NCBI GenBank assembly: GCA_015680685.1
Contig: MNCI01000001.1
Span: 316,524 to 380,523, forward strand
Direction: 5' to 3'
DNA from: Gnetum montanum
Lineage: Eukaryota > Plantae > Gnetophyta
Length of the DNA: 64,000 nucleotides
In this document: in pieces, positions 25,428 through 39,006 of the stretch
How the letters are laid out: every line of letters starts with the position of its first letter
Numbering within the stretch: position 1 is the stretch's first letter
Position numbers and translations under genes: made by a program
The notes under the pieces: model-generated
The model's database searches: none
The model's input: the letters and a program-made list of their open reading frames with translations, nothing else
Told to the model about the DNA's origin: nothing

Positions 25428-28400
25428 TTACAAATTACGTCCTCTCCCTGAGGCACCGGCACTTCCTCCCCGGCTCCTTTCTGGGAGAATTACAATAGAA
25501 TGTTGGTTCTCTGTGACTAGGTGCATGCTGGATCCTAGCTGCCCTGGCTCGGCCACTAGTCGGCGTTGGTTATCCTCAATGAACTGTGTGATGCCCATCA
25601 TATTTTCCTTGAGGATGCCTTCAATCCAAAATAGAGTATGGATTGGTGACTGTGTAGGGGATGTCGGGTGTTGCCCCTCTTTGTTGCCAGCAGTATCATC
25701 TTTTATCGTCAGCATCTCTTCCTTCAGGGTCCATCTCAGGTGGTCCCTTTCATGGATAGGGGGGGTCACGACACTATTTTTGGCCATATGGGCCCCCTCA
25801 TTGGACACCCGCCTCTTTTGCTTGTGCTGTTGCCTTGGATTTGGAAGAGTCGATGGTTGAAGCTCATGGTGGACATGCGGATCCATTACCACTGTGATTT
25901 CATGCCAGAGTTTTTGGACCTTGCCAGATAGTACTATCGTAGGAGGGAGGGTTGTCCCTTTGAAGATGCAATCATTCCTGGCCCGCCACAGGATCCAAAG
26001 CGCTACCAGGATCAGCGAATTACCTGAGAAATCTAGGGAAGGAAGACCTGTAGATTGCCAGAGTTGCCTGGTCACGTGGCACTCATGCATGAAGTGCTGA
26101 AGCATTTCTATGTGTTGATGACACAACAGGTAATGGTTACTGATTGTCAGGCCATGTGTCTGCAGTAAGGCCCAGACGGGGAGGGCTTGGGGGAGGATCA
26201 GCCATCCAAACATCTTGATTTTTTCCAGCAGAATTCCCTTCCAGAAGCGCATCCAGCGAGGATCAGTCGTGAACTGTTTCTAGAGGAGATTTTGAGGATG
26301 TAGGGAGATGTCATCTTCGTGGCCCAGTGATCTAACATGAGTGCAGAGCTGCCTCCAGACGTGAGAGTTGGTTCTGGCCGCTACCCAGGGTCTATATTTT
26401 TGCTGCACGATTTGCGCCCAGAGGAAGGGGTCTACGTTTGATGTAGAGAGTCGCCAGAGAAGTCTTTGTTTTCCTAAGGCCACTTCCACCATGAAAGGGA
26501 GGTTGCCAACACCCCCCCCCCCCGCAATACGAGGCTACATGGTTTTGGCCCATGCCACCAAGTGCATCTTTTTCCCCCCATTTTTGCCTGACCACATGAA
26601 ATTGCTTATAATCGCATCAATTTTTGTGGCGATGCTAGAGGGTGGTGAGCCCATCGAGGCAGCAAACTAGGCCATGGCTCCCAACATAGTAAATGCCAGC
26701 ACAATTTTCCCTTTGTGGGATAGGAAGCTATTCGTCTAGTGTGACATGTGCTTCTGGATTCTCATGATGAGAGCTTACAAGGTTTTCCGTCTGTGCTAGT
26801 TGTGGATGGGGATGCCCAGATATTTGTCTTCCACCTCTCCTGGTAGAATCCCTAGGATTTGAATGACCTTGTTGCGTACCAAAGGATGGGTATCCATGAA
26901 ATATAACGCAGATTTCCCTGGGTTGGATGCCAGTCCCACTTCCTGCTGTAGCCAATTTAGCGCCCTCATTAGCGCCCTGGCCTGCGGCACGGTGGCCCTT
27001 GTGAAGATCATAGTGTCATCTACATAATGGGCAGCAAGACATGGGATGTTGTGCATATTCAGTCCCTGGACCCCTTCTTCGACGTAGTAAGTTTGCAGGG
27101 GGTCCATCATCATCAGGAAAAGGAGCAAAGAGAGGGGGTCGCCTTAATGGAGCCCACGGTCGGTTCCATGAAAGCCCCACAGGTGCCCATCAATATCCAA
27201 CGAGTACCGCCCACCCCATTGAATCTACAAAGAGAGCTCCACAAAAGCCCTGTTGAAGACTTTTGCATGTAGCACAGTCCTTAGGGCAGCCCAACTCATG
27301 GAATCGTAAGCCTTGGTTATGTCTAGCTTGATGCAGAGGCCCGGTAGTTTCACGGCCCAAAGGGAGTGCTGAATTTCCTACAGCAGCAAGATATGGTCTT
27401 GGAGATGATGGTCTTTCATAAAGGAAGCCTGGTTTTTCCCCACAAGTTGTGGCATGAGGGGTCGTAGCCTGGCGACCAACATGCGAGAAAATAAATGCAG
27501 GAGTGAGTTGCAGACTCTGATGGGGCGGAAATGTCTTGGAGATGTGGGATTCTCCATTTTTGACAATAGAACCACACGAGAGAAATTGATTTCCTTGCGA
27601 ACTTGATGCCACGCCAGCATGTAGTTAAAAGCGTCAAGCAAATTTGCCCTCAGAATGTCCTCAAATTCACAAAAGAATTCAATGGGCCATCCATCTGGCC
27701 CCGGGGCCTTATTAGTCGGCATATCCTATAGTGTGGTTCTAAGCTCTTGGCGCGAGAAAGGTTGCAGAAGCCTCGAATTATTAGCTGAATTTAAAATTTT
27801 ACCCACTGGCATAGAAATCGGGTCTGTTAACTGCCACTTCCAGACTTGCTACCACTATTGCAGCAATTTTTCCATCCTAGAGTGTGGGTGCATTTTTTCT
27901 CCTTTCATTAGACACTGTAGTGTCCGTTGGCGAGTTCCATGGTGTGCCCTCACCGCTACAAAAAAGAATTTCATGTGCCAATCCCTAGCCCTCAGCCACT
28001 GCACACGGGTCCTTTGTCGCCAATATTCTTCCTCTTCGCGGTGCAGCAATTGTAGCTCGACCTGGAGGATGAGTTCCTCACAAGTGTGGTCTGCCCCTTA
28101 CTACTGTTGCTTCTAAATTGCCTGCAGTTTGGACTGGATCTAAATCCAATGTCCTCTGAAACTATATTTTTCTATTTTTCCAATTTTTTTAATTTGACTT
28201 TTGAGAGTCTTTAGCCCATTCTTTAGAAATTCGGGTGGATCCACCGAGGTCGAGTATCCCTGCCAAATGTCACGGACCAACTCACCTAACCATTACTTGC
28301 GTAGCCAGGTGCGTTTGAACTAGAATGGGTAGGGGCTCTGAAACACATTGCATTCTAGCTGGCATAGGATGGGCTGGTGGTCGAAGGCCATCCAGGCACC

Positions 28401-29023
28401 ATCGTAGGCGTGGATTTTCCAGTTGGTCAGTAGCGCCTTACTGACCCACACCCGATCAATCTGGGATTGAACCCATACTGTGCCTTGCCTACGATTGCTC
28501 CAGGTGTACTTGCACCCTGTGATTTCCATGTCGATGAGGTCATTACATTGTAATAGCGTGAGAAATTCGGGTGCCCCTGGGGGCTCCGCTGTATTGTCTT
28601 CGGTCTTCTTCCAACTGTAAAGCCATTGGTTGAAATCTCCGATTAGTAACCAATCGGCGGTGTTGGGGACAAGCCCCAAGATGCACGACAGCTCTTGAAG
28701 ATGGCCCTGCCATCCCTGAGGGTCGTAGACATTGGTTACCCACATGTCTGGCCCCAACAGGTGCACCGTGATGCACCAATCGGAAATGTCCAGGACATAC
28801 AAGTGCTCCTTGGTGAGGACCACGATGCCCTCTACCCCCCCCCCTTGCTGGGCACCAAGTGGCTATGCCACCCAACCCACTGTAGCACATGGGCTTCCGT
28901 CTATTGAAGTTTCATTTTTTGTAGACACACAATATCGCACCTCTTGTCTCGCACCATACATTGTAGGGTATGCCTTTTGTATGGGGTATCCTAGCCCCTG
29001 CAGTTCCATGAGAGGACCTTCAT
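25428..29023 (-). pseudogene. LINE ORF2: AP endonuclease, reverse transcriptase, zf-RVT
   Basis: EN: MKVLSWNCRG at 29023, DIVCLQK, WLLIGDFN, KYTWSN, QIDR, FDHQPI. RT: KAPGPDGWP, FRPIRVCNS, HYVDD, KYLGIP. zf-RVT: KIKMFGWL..LCHQHIEMLQHFMHEC. Few stops or frameshifts. Confidence 0.95.
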
Positions 29024-29074
29024 GGGAACATGTGTCAGTGGTAAGTCTCCAGGAGTGTGGGCTGCACTCCCAGA

Positions 29075-30435
29075 TCAATGAATAGCTACGTAGCTTTGTG
29101 TCGACGGGTGTTGTTGTCCAGTCTTCCAACCTTGGCCGTTGGTAGAGACACCGCCATCCCCTATTCGTAAGTTGTCCTTGTTCCCCCAAGAGGGGAACTG
29201 GGCCATGCCAAATTGTGGCTGGTGTTTATCCAGTTTGTGACTGGTGGCGGTGACAACCCTCCACAAGAAGGACCCCCCCCCAGAAGTGGGGGTGCACGGC
29301 GACCCGTAGCAACCTTGCTGCGATAGGTTCCTTGTCTGTGTGCTTGTCTTCTGGGTGCCGGGGGCCAATGCCCTAGCTCCTACCAGTGCGTGATAATAAG
29401 GCTTATTCAGCGTACTTGGCTTGGCTTCCCATCCTATCTCTGGTGATCCTTCCCCATGTGTGTCCTCTGTTGGTTGCTCCTGCAGCCTTCCTGGTCCGGT
29501 GAGTGGTCGACCATTAGCTTCTATCTGGCCTTGAATCCTACCAACCTTGGGAGGCCGTTCTTGGCGAAGAGTATCCCCCCTATACGTTGAATCTCCCCCT
29601 TGGACTCTTGTGGTTTTCTATTGGTGACTCAACCTTTTCTTCCTATAAGATGCCACCCATCCTTTAGTGTGGGTGCATTACGATCGGGATGGGCCGTGTC
29701 GCCCCCTATCCGGGAGGCCCTCGTCGAGGGCAGTGCCATCGATAGGTTCTCAAATTGAGTGTGAACCCTCTCCTCACCGAGATCTATGTCTAGCACCAGC
29801 TCCTCTACTGTCTCCTTTGGTAGAAGGGGCCTCCACATGCAGAACCGTGCGAAACCCAAGTGTTCCATAGCCTCGGTGAAATGATCGAACTTGATGATCT
29901 CATTGAATAGCTTGGGAAGCAATTGGAGGAACTCTGTCGACTAGTATTCAAGGGGGAGGCCATGTAGCCACACCCAAACCGGTGCCTGTTTGAAAAGAGT
30001 TGGATACCGATGAGCCCCCGGGCACTAGGGTGCTAGAGCCAGACCTTGTGCCCCAGAGAACCAAAGTCCCCCCACCAGTATTTGCTCCCGTTCCTCCAAA
30101 GATGTGAAACAGAATAGGAGGTGGTCGTCTGCTAGGCATTTAATCGTCACGGTATCTAACCCCCACGCCGCCCAAGCCCAGCATCGGATCAGATCAATGC
30201 GTGGATGTGCCCCTTCAGACACAAATTTTCCAATTAGGCTACGCTCTAACCTTTCCAAGGTGTTTGTGTCTAGGCGCTAGACTTTGATTCTCAGCGCTGA
30301 TCCTTCCTTGTAGTACTCATTGAAATCTCTAGCCCTTTGCCTCTCATCCAAATTGGCCGTGTCTGCCGATCCTTCCAATGCACCTTGTGCCATTACGCTC
30401 ACCTCCACCCCTGTCACCGCTCCGTGCACACTCAT
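29075..30435 (-). pseudogene. LINE ORF1 (DUF4283-type)
   Basis: ATG at 30435; SLIGKF..WGLDTVTIKCLADDHLLFCFTSLEEREQILVGGLWFSGAQGLALAP*(W); later FARFC. Confidence 0.85.
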
Positions 30436-31899
30436 GGTAACCAGTTACGCTCCAACTCCTCCACTTCTCAATATATATTTCTACAAATTATTAGATTTAT
30501 TCATCCAAATAAGGTTTTTAGACTAGTGATTTAAGCTATCACCAAATACTATAGAATTAGTATTCTCCATGTCTACTATTTTTATAATTTTAACATGGGT
30601 ACACCCCAAGATATATAGTCTAATTAGAAATTTATAACTTAGTATTTTCCACCAAAATCAAACCCATAACTTGGAGCTTTCCAAATCATTTTTGCTTATC
30701 AAGCTGGCCAATTTTGAAATGGTTTAAAAGTTTTTAAATGTTAAAGTATTTATAAATCAATGTAATACTTTTATTGCTAAAGAATGAAAAGTTACTTTGA
30801 TCCTAATTTTTCTAATTATTCTAAAATTAATTGATTAACTAAATCATAAAATCTTTCTCTTATTTTTTAAAGTGTTAAAAGGAAAATTATTGGAAGTATT
30901 GGCATAATCCTTAAAATAAAGTCAAAAACATTACTAGATGATGTGCAGTGCACACATTATTTTGTTAATGATTAATTTATGATAATGAAAAATAGAATTA
31001 AAAAATAAGGTAGATAATTGATATCTTTTTAAAAAAATTACATACTATAATTTGCAAGGATGTTATAACTATTATTGTCATGAAGGTCATGTTATTTTGA
31101 TTTATGATCATCTCAATAAAAAAGGTGTTTGTGGAAAAGAAACAATAATATTCAAAAAAGATAAATAATGATAATTTTTGATAGGCATAGATAAAAGTTT
31201 CTTCAGCAAGTTATTAACCTTTTACTAATTTGTTTAAATATAAAGATGCTCGTAAATTTTCTATACCTAAAAAAATTCTATTTTAGAAAAAAAAAAGACT
31301 TTTTGACTAATGACTAGTAATGCAAGTGTTGATGTAGAAAGATTTTGCTTAGTGCAACATAAAAAGAAGAGGTCTACAAATACTAATCCCAATTCAAAGG
31401 CTCCTATAGTATTTCCTTATCTCTCTACTTTTACTAATGTTATAAATGCTTATAATTATCCAGAATTTTTTAGTCTCAATATTTCTCTTTCAATCCATGT
31501 TACTAATCAACAGTTTTTCATATCAACATTTACTTCTACTAAAAGTGATTTTAATATGGTTGAAAATCATTTAGATAGGCTTGCTAATATTCCTTCAATT
31601 ATGTATTTTGAAGAAAAAGAATATTTTTTTATTTTTAAAGAAAAATATTTTCTTTTTGATGTTTTCTCTTTATTCTCATATCATTCAAATAAAAAGAATT
31701 ATGCTTAGTATAATTATCAATAAGAAAAAGATAAAATTTATTATCATATATTTCATATTTCTAATATTCTTTTTCAAAGCCTACAAGTGAAGTAGTACAT
31801 ACATGTACTACTTTTTCAAACCATTTTCCTATTAGTATTTTTCTCTTCAAGATTAATTCTTCCTTCTTTTAAATGCAAGAGCGTTTTCACATAAATGCT

Positions 31900-34700
31900 A
31901 ATATATTTATAGGAACTACAAGGAAAAATATTTTAATTTTATATAAAATGTAGAACGAAAACCCATTGGTGATATTGGTTCGATTGATTGGTGGTAGTAA
32001 ACTACTTATAGAACCAAAAATTATGCAAGATGGCTCCAAAAAAAATTTGCTAAGAGAAAGTTTCAAGTGAAATAAGATCTTGTAGAATTTATCAAGAGAA
32101 CACAAATTATTTGAGACTAGAAATATCTTTTTTCTTTTTTCTAAACCTAAAAAGCCTTAGTTAAAGCTTACTATGCTAAAAATTATTGGGATACTTTAAA
32201 GCTAAAAGTGCTCTTACTAAAAGCTACATGTCTTAGCTAAAAATTGAATATGAACCTTGCAATGAGTTTTTAAAATCTTGCAAAAAAAGGGATTATGTAA
32301 ATAAATTAAAATCACTTTATATAAAATAATTCAATCATTACAAATCCTAATACTATTAACAATTTTTTTTGTAAATCATTTTTCTTTTATTTTTTTCTTT
32401 TGAAGATATTAGAAAGGAAACCTTCAAGGCCTCTACTACACATATTCCTCATCTTATAACAAAAGAACATAAAATTATGCTTGAATTAGAAAGTATAGTG
32501 GAAGAAATCAAAGTAATGACATTTAGTTTAGCAAATAGTAAAGCTCTAGATTTTGATGATTTTTCCATTTAATTTTTTATGTAGCAATGGGATATTATTA
32601 AAGATGATCTATTTCATGTTTTTGAAGAAGCTATTAAAAAAGTTTCTCATAGTAAAAATATTAATAAAGATATGATTCATCTTCTTAATAAAAATAAATA
32701 TCTTCAACATATTAACAATTGGAGATCATAACTCTTTTTAATAATACTTATAAAATTTTAGTTAAATATATAGCTTTTTGAATTCAGAATGTTGTAGAAT
32801 ATATCAATAGACTTGAGTAGACAAGTTTTGTTAAAGGTAGATATATCTTAAATAATATTATTGAAACTTGGAAGAAAATGTAAGTAGTGGGCTTTTGACA
32901 CTTCTAATACTAACCAGGATATTACTTTTATGAAGTTAGAGTACACTAAATCTTATAATATGATTAAACATAATTTATTATTTATCTCTATAAGTTGGGA
33001 TTTGATGATTATTTTATACATCTTTTCTAAAGCTTACACATGAATGCTAATTCTTAAGTTGTTGTAAAGTTTGGATTACGTTTTTTCTTTTCTCTTTAAC
33101 AATTAATTTGTCAAGGTTGTCATCTAACATCTTGTTTTTCTATTATTTCTATAGACTTTCTTTTACATAATTTGCATTATGATCTCTAAAGAAATTTCAT
33201 TATGGTAAGTTTAATTGATGATCAAAGTACATGATTACTTAAGATGCACTCTGAAAATGATTCTTCTTTTTATAATTTACAATTCTCTTAGACATATCAA
33301 TATTCTATTAGCTAGAGTGAAGTATTATTACATGTTATCTAGCTTTTGTATCAATTGGCAAAAACTTATTATTTATTATTATGGCAATATTAATGAGTTA
33401 GTTAATATTAAACCTTGAAAAATATTGAACAAAGCATCTCTTTTCAAAATTTTTGATTTTTTTTTTAAATATGATTTAAACATGTTGTGGAATTATGCAA
33501 TTGATAAAATTAAAAATAAGCTTGAGAATGAAAAAGTTTATTCACCCTTACTAGAAAATTTTTAGCTATTAAGTAGATGCTTTAATATACTCATATTTAT
33601 TACTACAGTTGTTCAACTTCATAAAAAATTTCTAAGGGTAAGTAACATAAAAAGGACTTTTCTAGAGTTTGTTTCTTAGGATATTTTCAGTAGTAGCAAG
33701 AGAGATTGAGGTCTCATTAATTATTATAAACAAGATCTTTATCTCTCAAAAAAATGAATTATAAAGTGCATTGATAGAGATAATGTTTGGATTCTCCTTG
33801 TAAGAAACAAACTTATGCAAGGAAAACCTAAAAATGATAATAGTTGATCTTTTTATAACTTCTTTTACTATCTTCTTTTTCCTTGAGCCATTTCTTTTCC
33901 TAGTTTTCTAGTTCTTAAAAAAATTTGGAAGACATGTTGAAAGTTTAGTCAGTATTAGAATTACAATCATATTATAGTTTCAAAAAATATTCTTAAGAAA
34001 ATTAGCCCATTGAGGCTTTCTTTTAATGAAGGAGCTTGGGATACTAATTCATCAAGATTATGTACCACTTGAAGCAAATTTGATGTCACTATAGTTCCTT
34101 GCATGATAAATGGATTACATGTAGAAAGAGAAAAAAGTTTTTGAAAAATAAATTTTTAATCTTAAGAATTTATATAAAGTTAATAATAGTTTACATCAAG
34201 CTATTCTAATTTTTTTTTTAAGGATGACACATCTATGTTTTGTTTTAACATCAAAGTTGCTTATAAGATTGTTACAAATAATGATTTTATTCATAACAAA
34301 TTCAATAAGGCCTAGACAATATAATTATCATCACACTTTTGGATAAGAAAAATAGAAGATATGTGTAGAATTCCTATCTTTTCAAAAATTCATATTTTTT
34401 ATAGTATCTTATTCATCAAGGTCTTCTTATTCATACTCATTTGCAACATATAAAAATTGTTTCTTCTCAATGTAGACTCATTTTTTCATGCTTTTTTAAT
34501 GTGAAGACTTATTTTCTAATGTGGAAATGAACATCTAAAATTTGTAACTTTCAACAAAGTATTAATGATATCATTCTTGGTTATCAACCTAATTTATCTA
34601 CTTCCCTCTTTTGTATTTGGATGTGTCTTTGGATGCTTATTTTCCATTCTATTTAGAAGTTTTCATATGTAGTTTTGGTCAAGAGGCCAACTACCAATTG
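31900..34700 (+). mobile_element. Old LINE ORF2 relic (RT, probable zf-RVT)
   Basis: Degenerate KAPGxDG (32540), WRxIxLLNxxYKI (32720), TSFVKGRYILNN (32821), KLEYTKSYN (32932, cf. KLDFxKAYD), ICQGCHL (33106). Left boundary approximate. Confidence 0.75.
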
Positions 34701-34988
34701 TAGATTAGTAACTCTAAATAATATTCTATCTATAACACTAGGCTTTAAGGAGGCTTACTGGTAAAGCTAAATAATATTTTATCTATAGCAAAACCAATGT
34801 TACCATACATTTACATCTTTTCAAATATCAAATTTATTTTGGCTAAGAGGCCAACTACAAGTCATTAAATGATATTTTGTTCATAAGGTTAGGCTTCAGG
34901 GAGAACTTAACAATAAATAATGTTTTATCCATAACAAAATCAATGTTAAGATACCTTCACATCATTTCAAATCGCACATTCAATTTTG
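34673..34988 (+). repeat. Degenerate ~160-bp tandem duplication
   Basis: ttttggtcaagaggccaactac..caaaaccaatgtta..catcttttcaaat recurs as ttttggctaagaggccaactac..caaaatcaatgtta..catcatttcaaat. Confidence 0.7.
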
Positions 34989-35819
34989 TTTGATTTTTCA
35001 TTATAAGTATGTACTTGTGATTTATATGCCATTATTCTTAGCAATTTTATTAAATGTATCCTTCCAAATTCATAAGAAGAAAGAAAACTATACAGTTAAA
35101 TATATCTGTCATGTTCTTATTTTTGTGTTAAATAATGTTCTAGACAAGAACACAAAGAATTTGATAAGGACATACATCTTTCTTTTCTTGAACAATAAAG
35201 ATTCTCTTGACCAAATTAAAGATATATATTATAAATATATAACTAAGCTAGTTAACTTTTAACAACAAAAGCATAACTAGGATGCTATTTCAGGAATCAA
35301 TATCATATTTTTAGAAGGTGTCACTTTTGAATTACAACTTTAAGAAAAAAATATTCTCAAGAAAGTTCAATAAATAATTTGGTTCCTACTACTATATTAA
35401 TTTCTATTCATTTTAGAGACTTAAAGATAGGAAGCTACAAAGCTTTCTAATTTTTTTCCATTTTTTTATTTTTCTAATTAAAATTTTCATTTTTTTAGAA
35501 AGATTTGTTTTCTTATTATTACAAGAAACCTTTAGTAATTAGTAAAAATTGATGAAGGTATTTTTAAAATGAAGATCATGTGTAATCTTTTTTCTATCCT
35601 AAAGTGAAGATTTTTTAAAGATAGATTGTATAGATGAAAATCTTTAAAGATATCTTAAAATTTTTAAAGTTTTTCTTTAAACTCTTCCTTCATTAATTTT
35701 ATGCATTCTTAATTTTTTTTAATTTTATTATTTTTTATTTGATCTGACAACCTAACTTAATAATAAAAGATATGTGTGAGAATAGTTGATATTACTATAA
35801 CACTATAAAAAGAATTTCC

Positions 35820-37922
35820 TATGACAAGTTATCATATTATTCAAGGAAACACAGATTCAGAGAGCACTAAAAGTCATGATGTGAACATGTTGAGATGGGC
35901 TTCTAACAATGAAGGATTTGAGTTGGATTATTATCAACTATTGTGGTTGTCCAAATCATACAAACACATTGCATTGATTCTCTATAGTGTGTGGGCTTGG
36001 ACCCTATGGGGTCTACATGATCCAAGTTATTTCTTCTCTTACTACTACTGGAGGAAAGAACAAAAATATAATGGATTCCTTCAATGTTGTACCGCAAGAC
36101 AATAAAATTAATAATGCTATGGATGATGGCATTTTGCATTTTGATTTTCTTGAAGATATTTTTGATCAAATAATGCATGCCTTTACTCAACTTTATTTCA
36201 TTGGTTTCTTTCCTAGTAGAATTCCTCCTACAATGATTTTTCAAGATTGTGTTAAAAAATATTGGGGAACTAGAAATATCAAGTTAACCCTTACTTCTAA
36301 TCTCATGAATGGGTTTTTTCTATTTTCTTTTGAAACTAAGGCAATGGTAGACATTGTGAAACATCAATCTATTTGGGATGTTTCTGGATCCTTTTTAGTT
36401 CTTCAATCATGGAAAGAGGTTTTTGATCCAAAGGAAAAAGCAAAAGTATTCTACTAGTCTGAATTGAATTTCCAAAGATTTCTAGATCATTTTCTCCACA
36501 TGTAGATATTCATACTTCAAAAATTAGTGAGGTTATTAGAATGGAGTCTTTCTTAGATTTTCATTGAAGACCAACTCAATGAGTTTGTGTTAAATTAGAT
36601 ATGAAAAAGCAAAGGCCATACTCATTGAAGTTTAATGTAAAAGAAAGATCATTTATGCAAAAAACTTCTTATCTTATGCTTTCAAATCGATGTTACTACT
36701 ACCTTGATCCAAATTATAGAAGAGTTCAATGTCTGAAGCTATTGGCCAAGCTTAAAGTTGAGAGAATTTTAGCTAAATAGGTAAATAAATAATTATAAGA
36801 GAAGAATATATCTATGAATAAAGAAAATGCTACTACTAAGATGCACTCTTAAGCTAATCCATCTTCTTGAAACTCTAAAAGGCAAATGTTGAAATATTGA
36901 GGATATTGATGATGCCTCTTTAGAGAATCCTCAAAACCAAAAATGAAATCCAAAAGAAGTTACTAGTGGCTGGGAGCGAGTAACTCAGAAATCTCACATC
37001 TCAATCACACGAGATAATCCCATATTTAACAATTTTCCTAAAGGATGCTGATCCCCAATAACTACAAATAATATTCATTCCTCTAGCAGAAGATTAGTTA
37101 CTCATCATTCTTTAGTTAATAGTTTTAAATTGAATAATTCTTATAAGGCTTCAGTTGTTGAAAAGGATCCTATCTCATCTTCTTATTCATAATAAATTAT
37201 CTCTCTAGGAATATTCAAAGAAGATATATAGTCTAAGACTATATTTGTATGAATTATCTAGATGTGATTTTTATTCAAGAAATTAAAATTCAAGTATTCA
37301 AACATTGTAATTATTATAAGTGTATTTTTTCTAATAATATTGTGTCTCTTTTGTTCATAAGCATGGTAAAAGTAGACCAATGATTCTTATTCATAGCAAA
37401 TGACATGAGTTTATTATTGATCAAGGCTATGATAATTTGGTGCATTGTTGTTGTCTTCAGTTACAATATGTAAATGAAATTTTTGGGCTTCATTTCTATT
37501 TATACTTCTTATAACATGAATGATTGGAAACTATTTTGGAACTATCTATGTCATAACTTACTTGTAACTAATTGGGGTATAATAGGAGACTTTAATATGA
37601 TCAAGAATCCATAGAATAAAATTAAAGGATAAAGAGGTTGTTTAGATAATAGTGAGCTCACCTTTTGGTTGCAATTGAAGAGTAAATTAAATTTTCATGA
37701 AGCTAATTAAAATTACCTATCTTCTAGCATTTATGATTGGTTTACTTCAAGTAGTGCTAGATAAGAATATTCTTTCATTTCTTTCAAGTTGGATTAAGTT
37801 TACATATCTAACAATACTTCTCTGAAATTTACTATTATTAATGGTACTCTTGTCTAGGAAGATTATACTAAGGTTCCTTTAGATCATTATTCTATTCAAT
37901 GGTCCATTTTCATTTTAGATTC
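35820..37922 (+). mobile_element. Old LINE relic: ORF1 (DUF4283 and decayed zinc knuckle) plus endonuclease, cut by element C
   Basis: ORF 35987..36457 has NGFFLFSFE..WDVSGSFLVLQSW; CYYYLDPNYRRVQC at ~36691. EN motifs FIQEIK, WGIIGDFNM, LD*VY and LDHYSI just before 37923. Confidence 0.8.
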
Positions 37923-38518
37923 TAAACCACCTTAAAGGAAATTCATGTGAAAGCTTTTGTAGCCAAAATTAATATTGTAATTTGATGGAAATTTGAAGGT
38001 AGAAACAATTTCCTTATTTCCCATCAAAAATCCTATCCTATGACCTTATTTTGGTAAAACTTTATGTAATTTTTGATGTGTAAAATGACATTTACAATCC
38101 ACAAGCTATGAGTTTCATTTATGCCAATGTTTGAAGGCCCAAAAAGTTAAAAACGTTGCCAAATTTAATAGTAAAAGCCAAAAACGTTAGTAGTTCACAA
38201 GTTGGAAATTTGTGTTCTGAAAATAGTCCAAAATGCCACCAAATTTGGTAGAAAAAGTCTCACACATTGGAAACCCATGTGTAGCAAATTTGGGCTATGA
38301 AAATAGCCCAAATATGTTGTCAAATATGGCAAGAAAGGCTTCACACGTTGTTGGCCCATACATTGTAGTTTTGGATGGTGAAAAGTGCCATATACATTGG
38401 TATTTCATGTCCAAAATATCAATAACATTGGTGGTTCATACGTTGAAGATTTCAGCCACAAAAAAAAATCAAGAATATTATAAGGAATGTCAAAAATTTT
38501 CCAAAACTTAGCTAGAAT

Positions 38519-38718
38519 TAAGTCATCTGGAGTAGATTCACTCCACAGTTAAATCACTGTCAATGCACTAAATCTAGATATCATGTAGAGATAAACGTTT
38601 TTTCTAGAAAATAAGAAAACTAGCTATATTTAATTAATTTATTATACGATTACAACAAGATTCAAAAAACTCACAAGCATCCAAAACCTATCACACTCAA
38701 CTAATATTGTAGAGCATA
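38519..38718 (-). repeat. Truncated 3' LTR of element D
   Basis: ctggagtagattcactccac..aaaacctatcacactcaa is nearly identical to 52519-52700. Confidence 0.85.
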
Positions 38719-39006
38719 CCAATAGCCTCATTGAGAACAACTAATATGTGGACATACCAATATCATTTGGTAAATCAATCTCAAAAGAATTATTATTAAT
38801 CTTAGCCTTAATTTTGAAAGGTCTCACCTTCTTACCTTTTAATTTGAATAATTTAACATCTCTTAATCACTTCTTCTTCAAGTGAACCCAAACCAACTCA
38901 CCAACAACAAAATTAGGCTTCTACTTGTCCTATTCCTCTTAAGGAATCTCTCTTCAGCCTTCTTCTTAAGATTTGATTTTACTTGTACATGGAGATCCCT
39001 CATCTG

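Larger units (their letters stand above)
25259..30460 (-). mobile_element. Near full-length L1-clade LINE, young insertion
   Basis: 16-bp TSD CCACTTCTCAATATAT at 25243-25258 and 30461-30476; short poly(A) (T run 25258-25265); sharp rise in GC; ORF1 and ORF2 present. Confidence 0.97.

Noticed and set aside
27655-28116. 153-aa plus-strand ORF and other antisense ORFs in the LINE
   Set aside because: Antisense shadows of the GC-rich ORF2.
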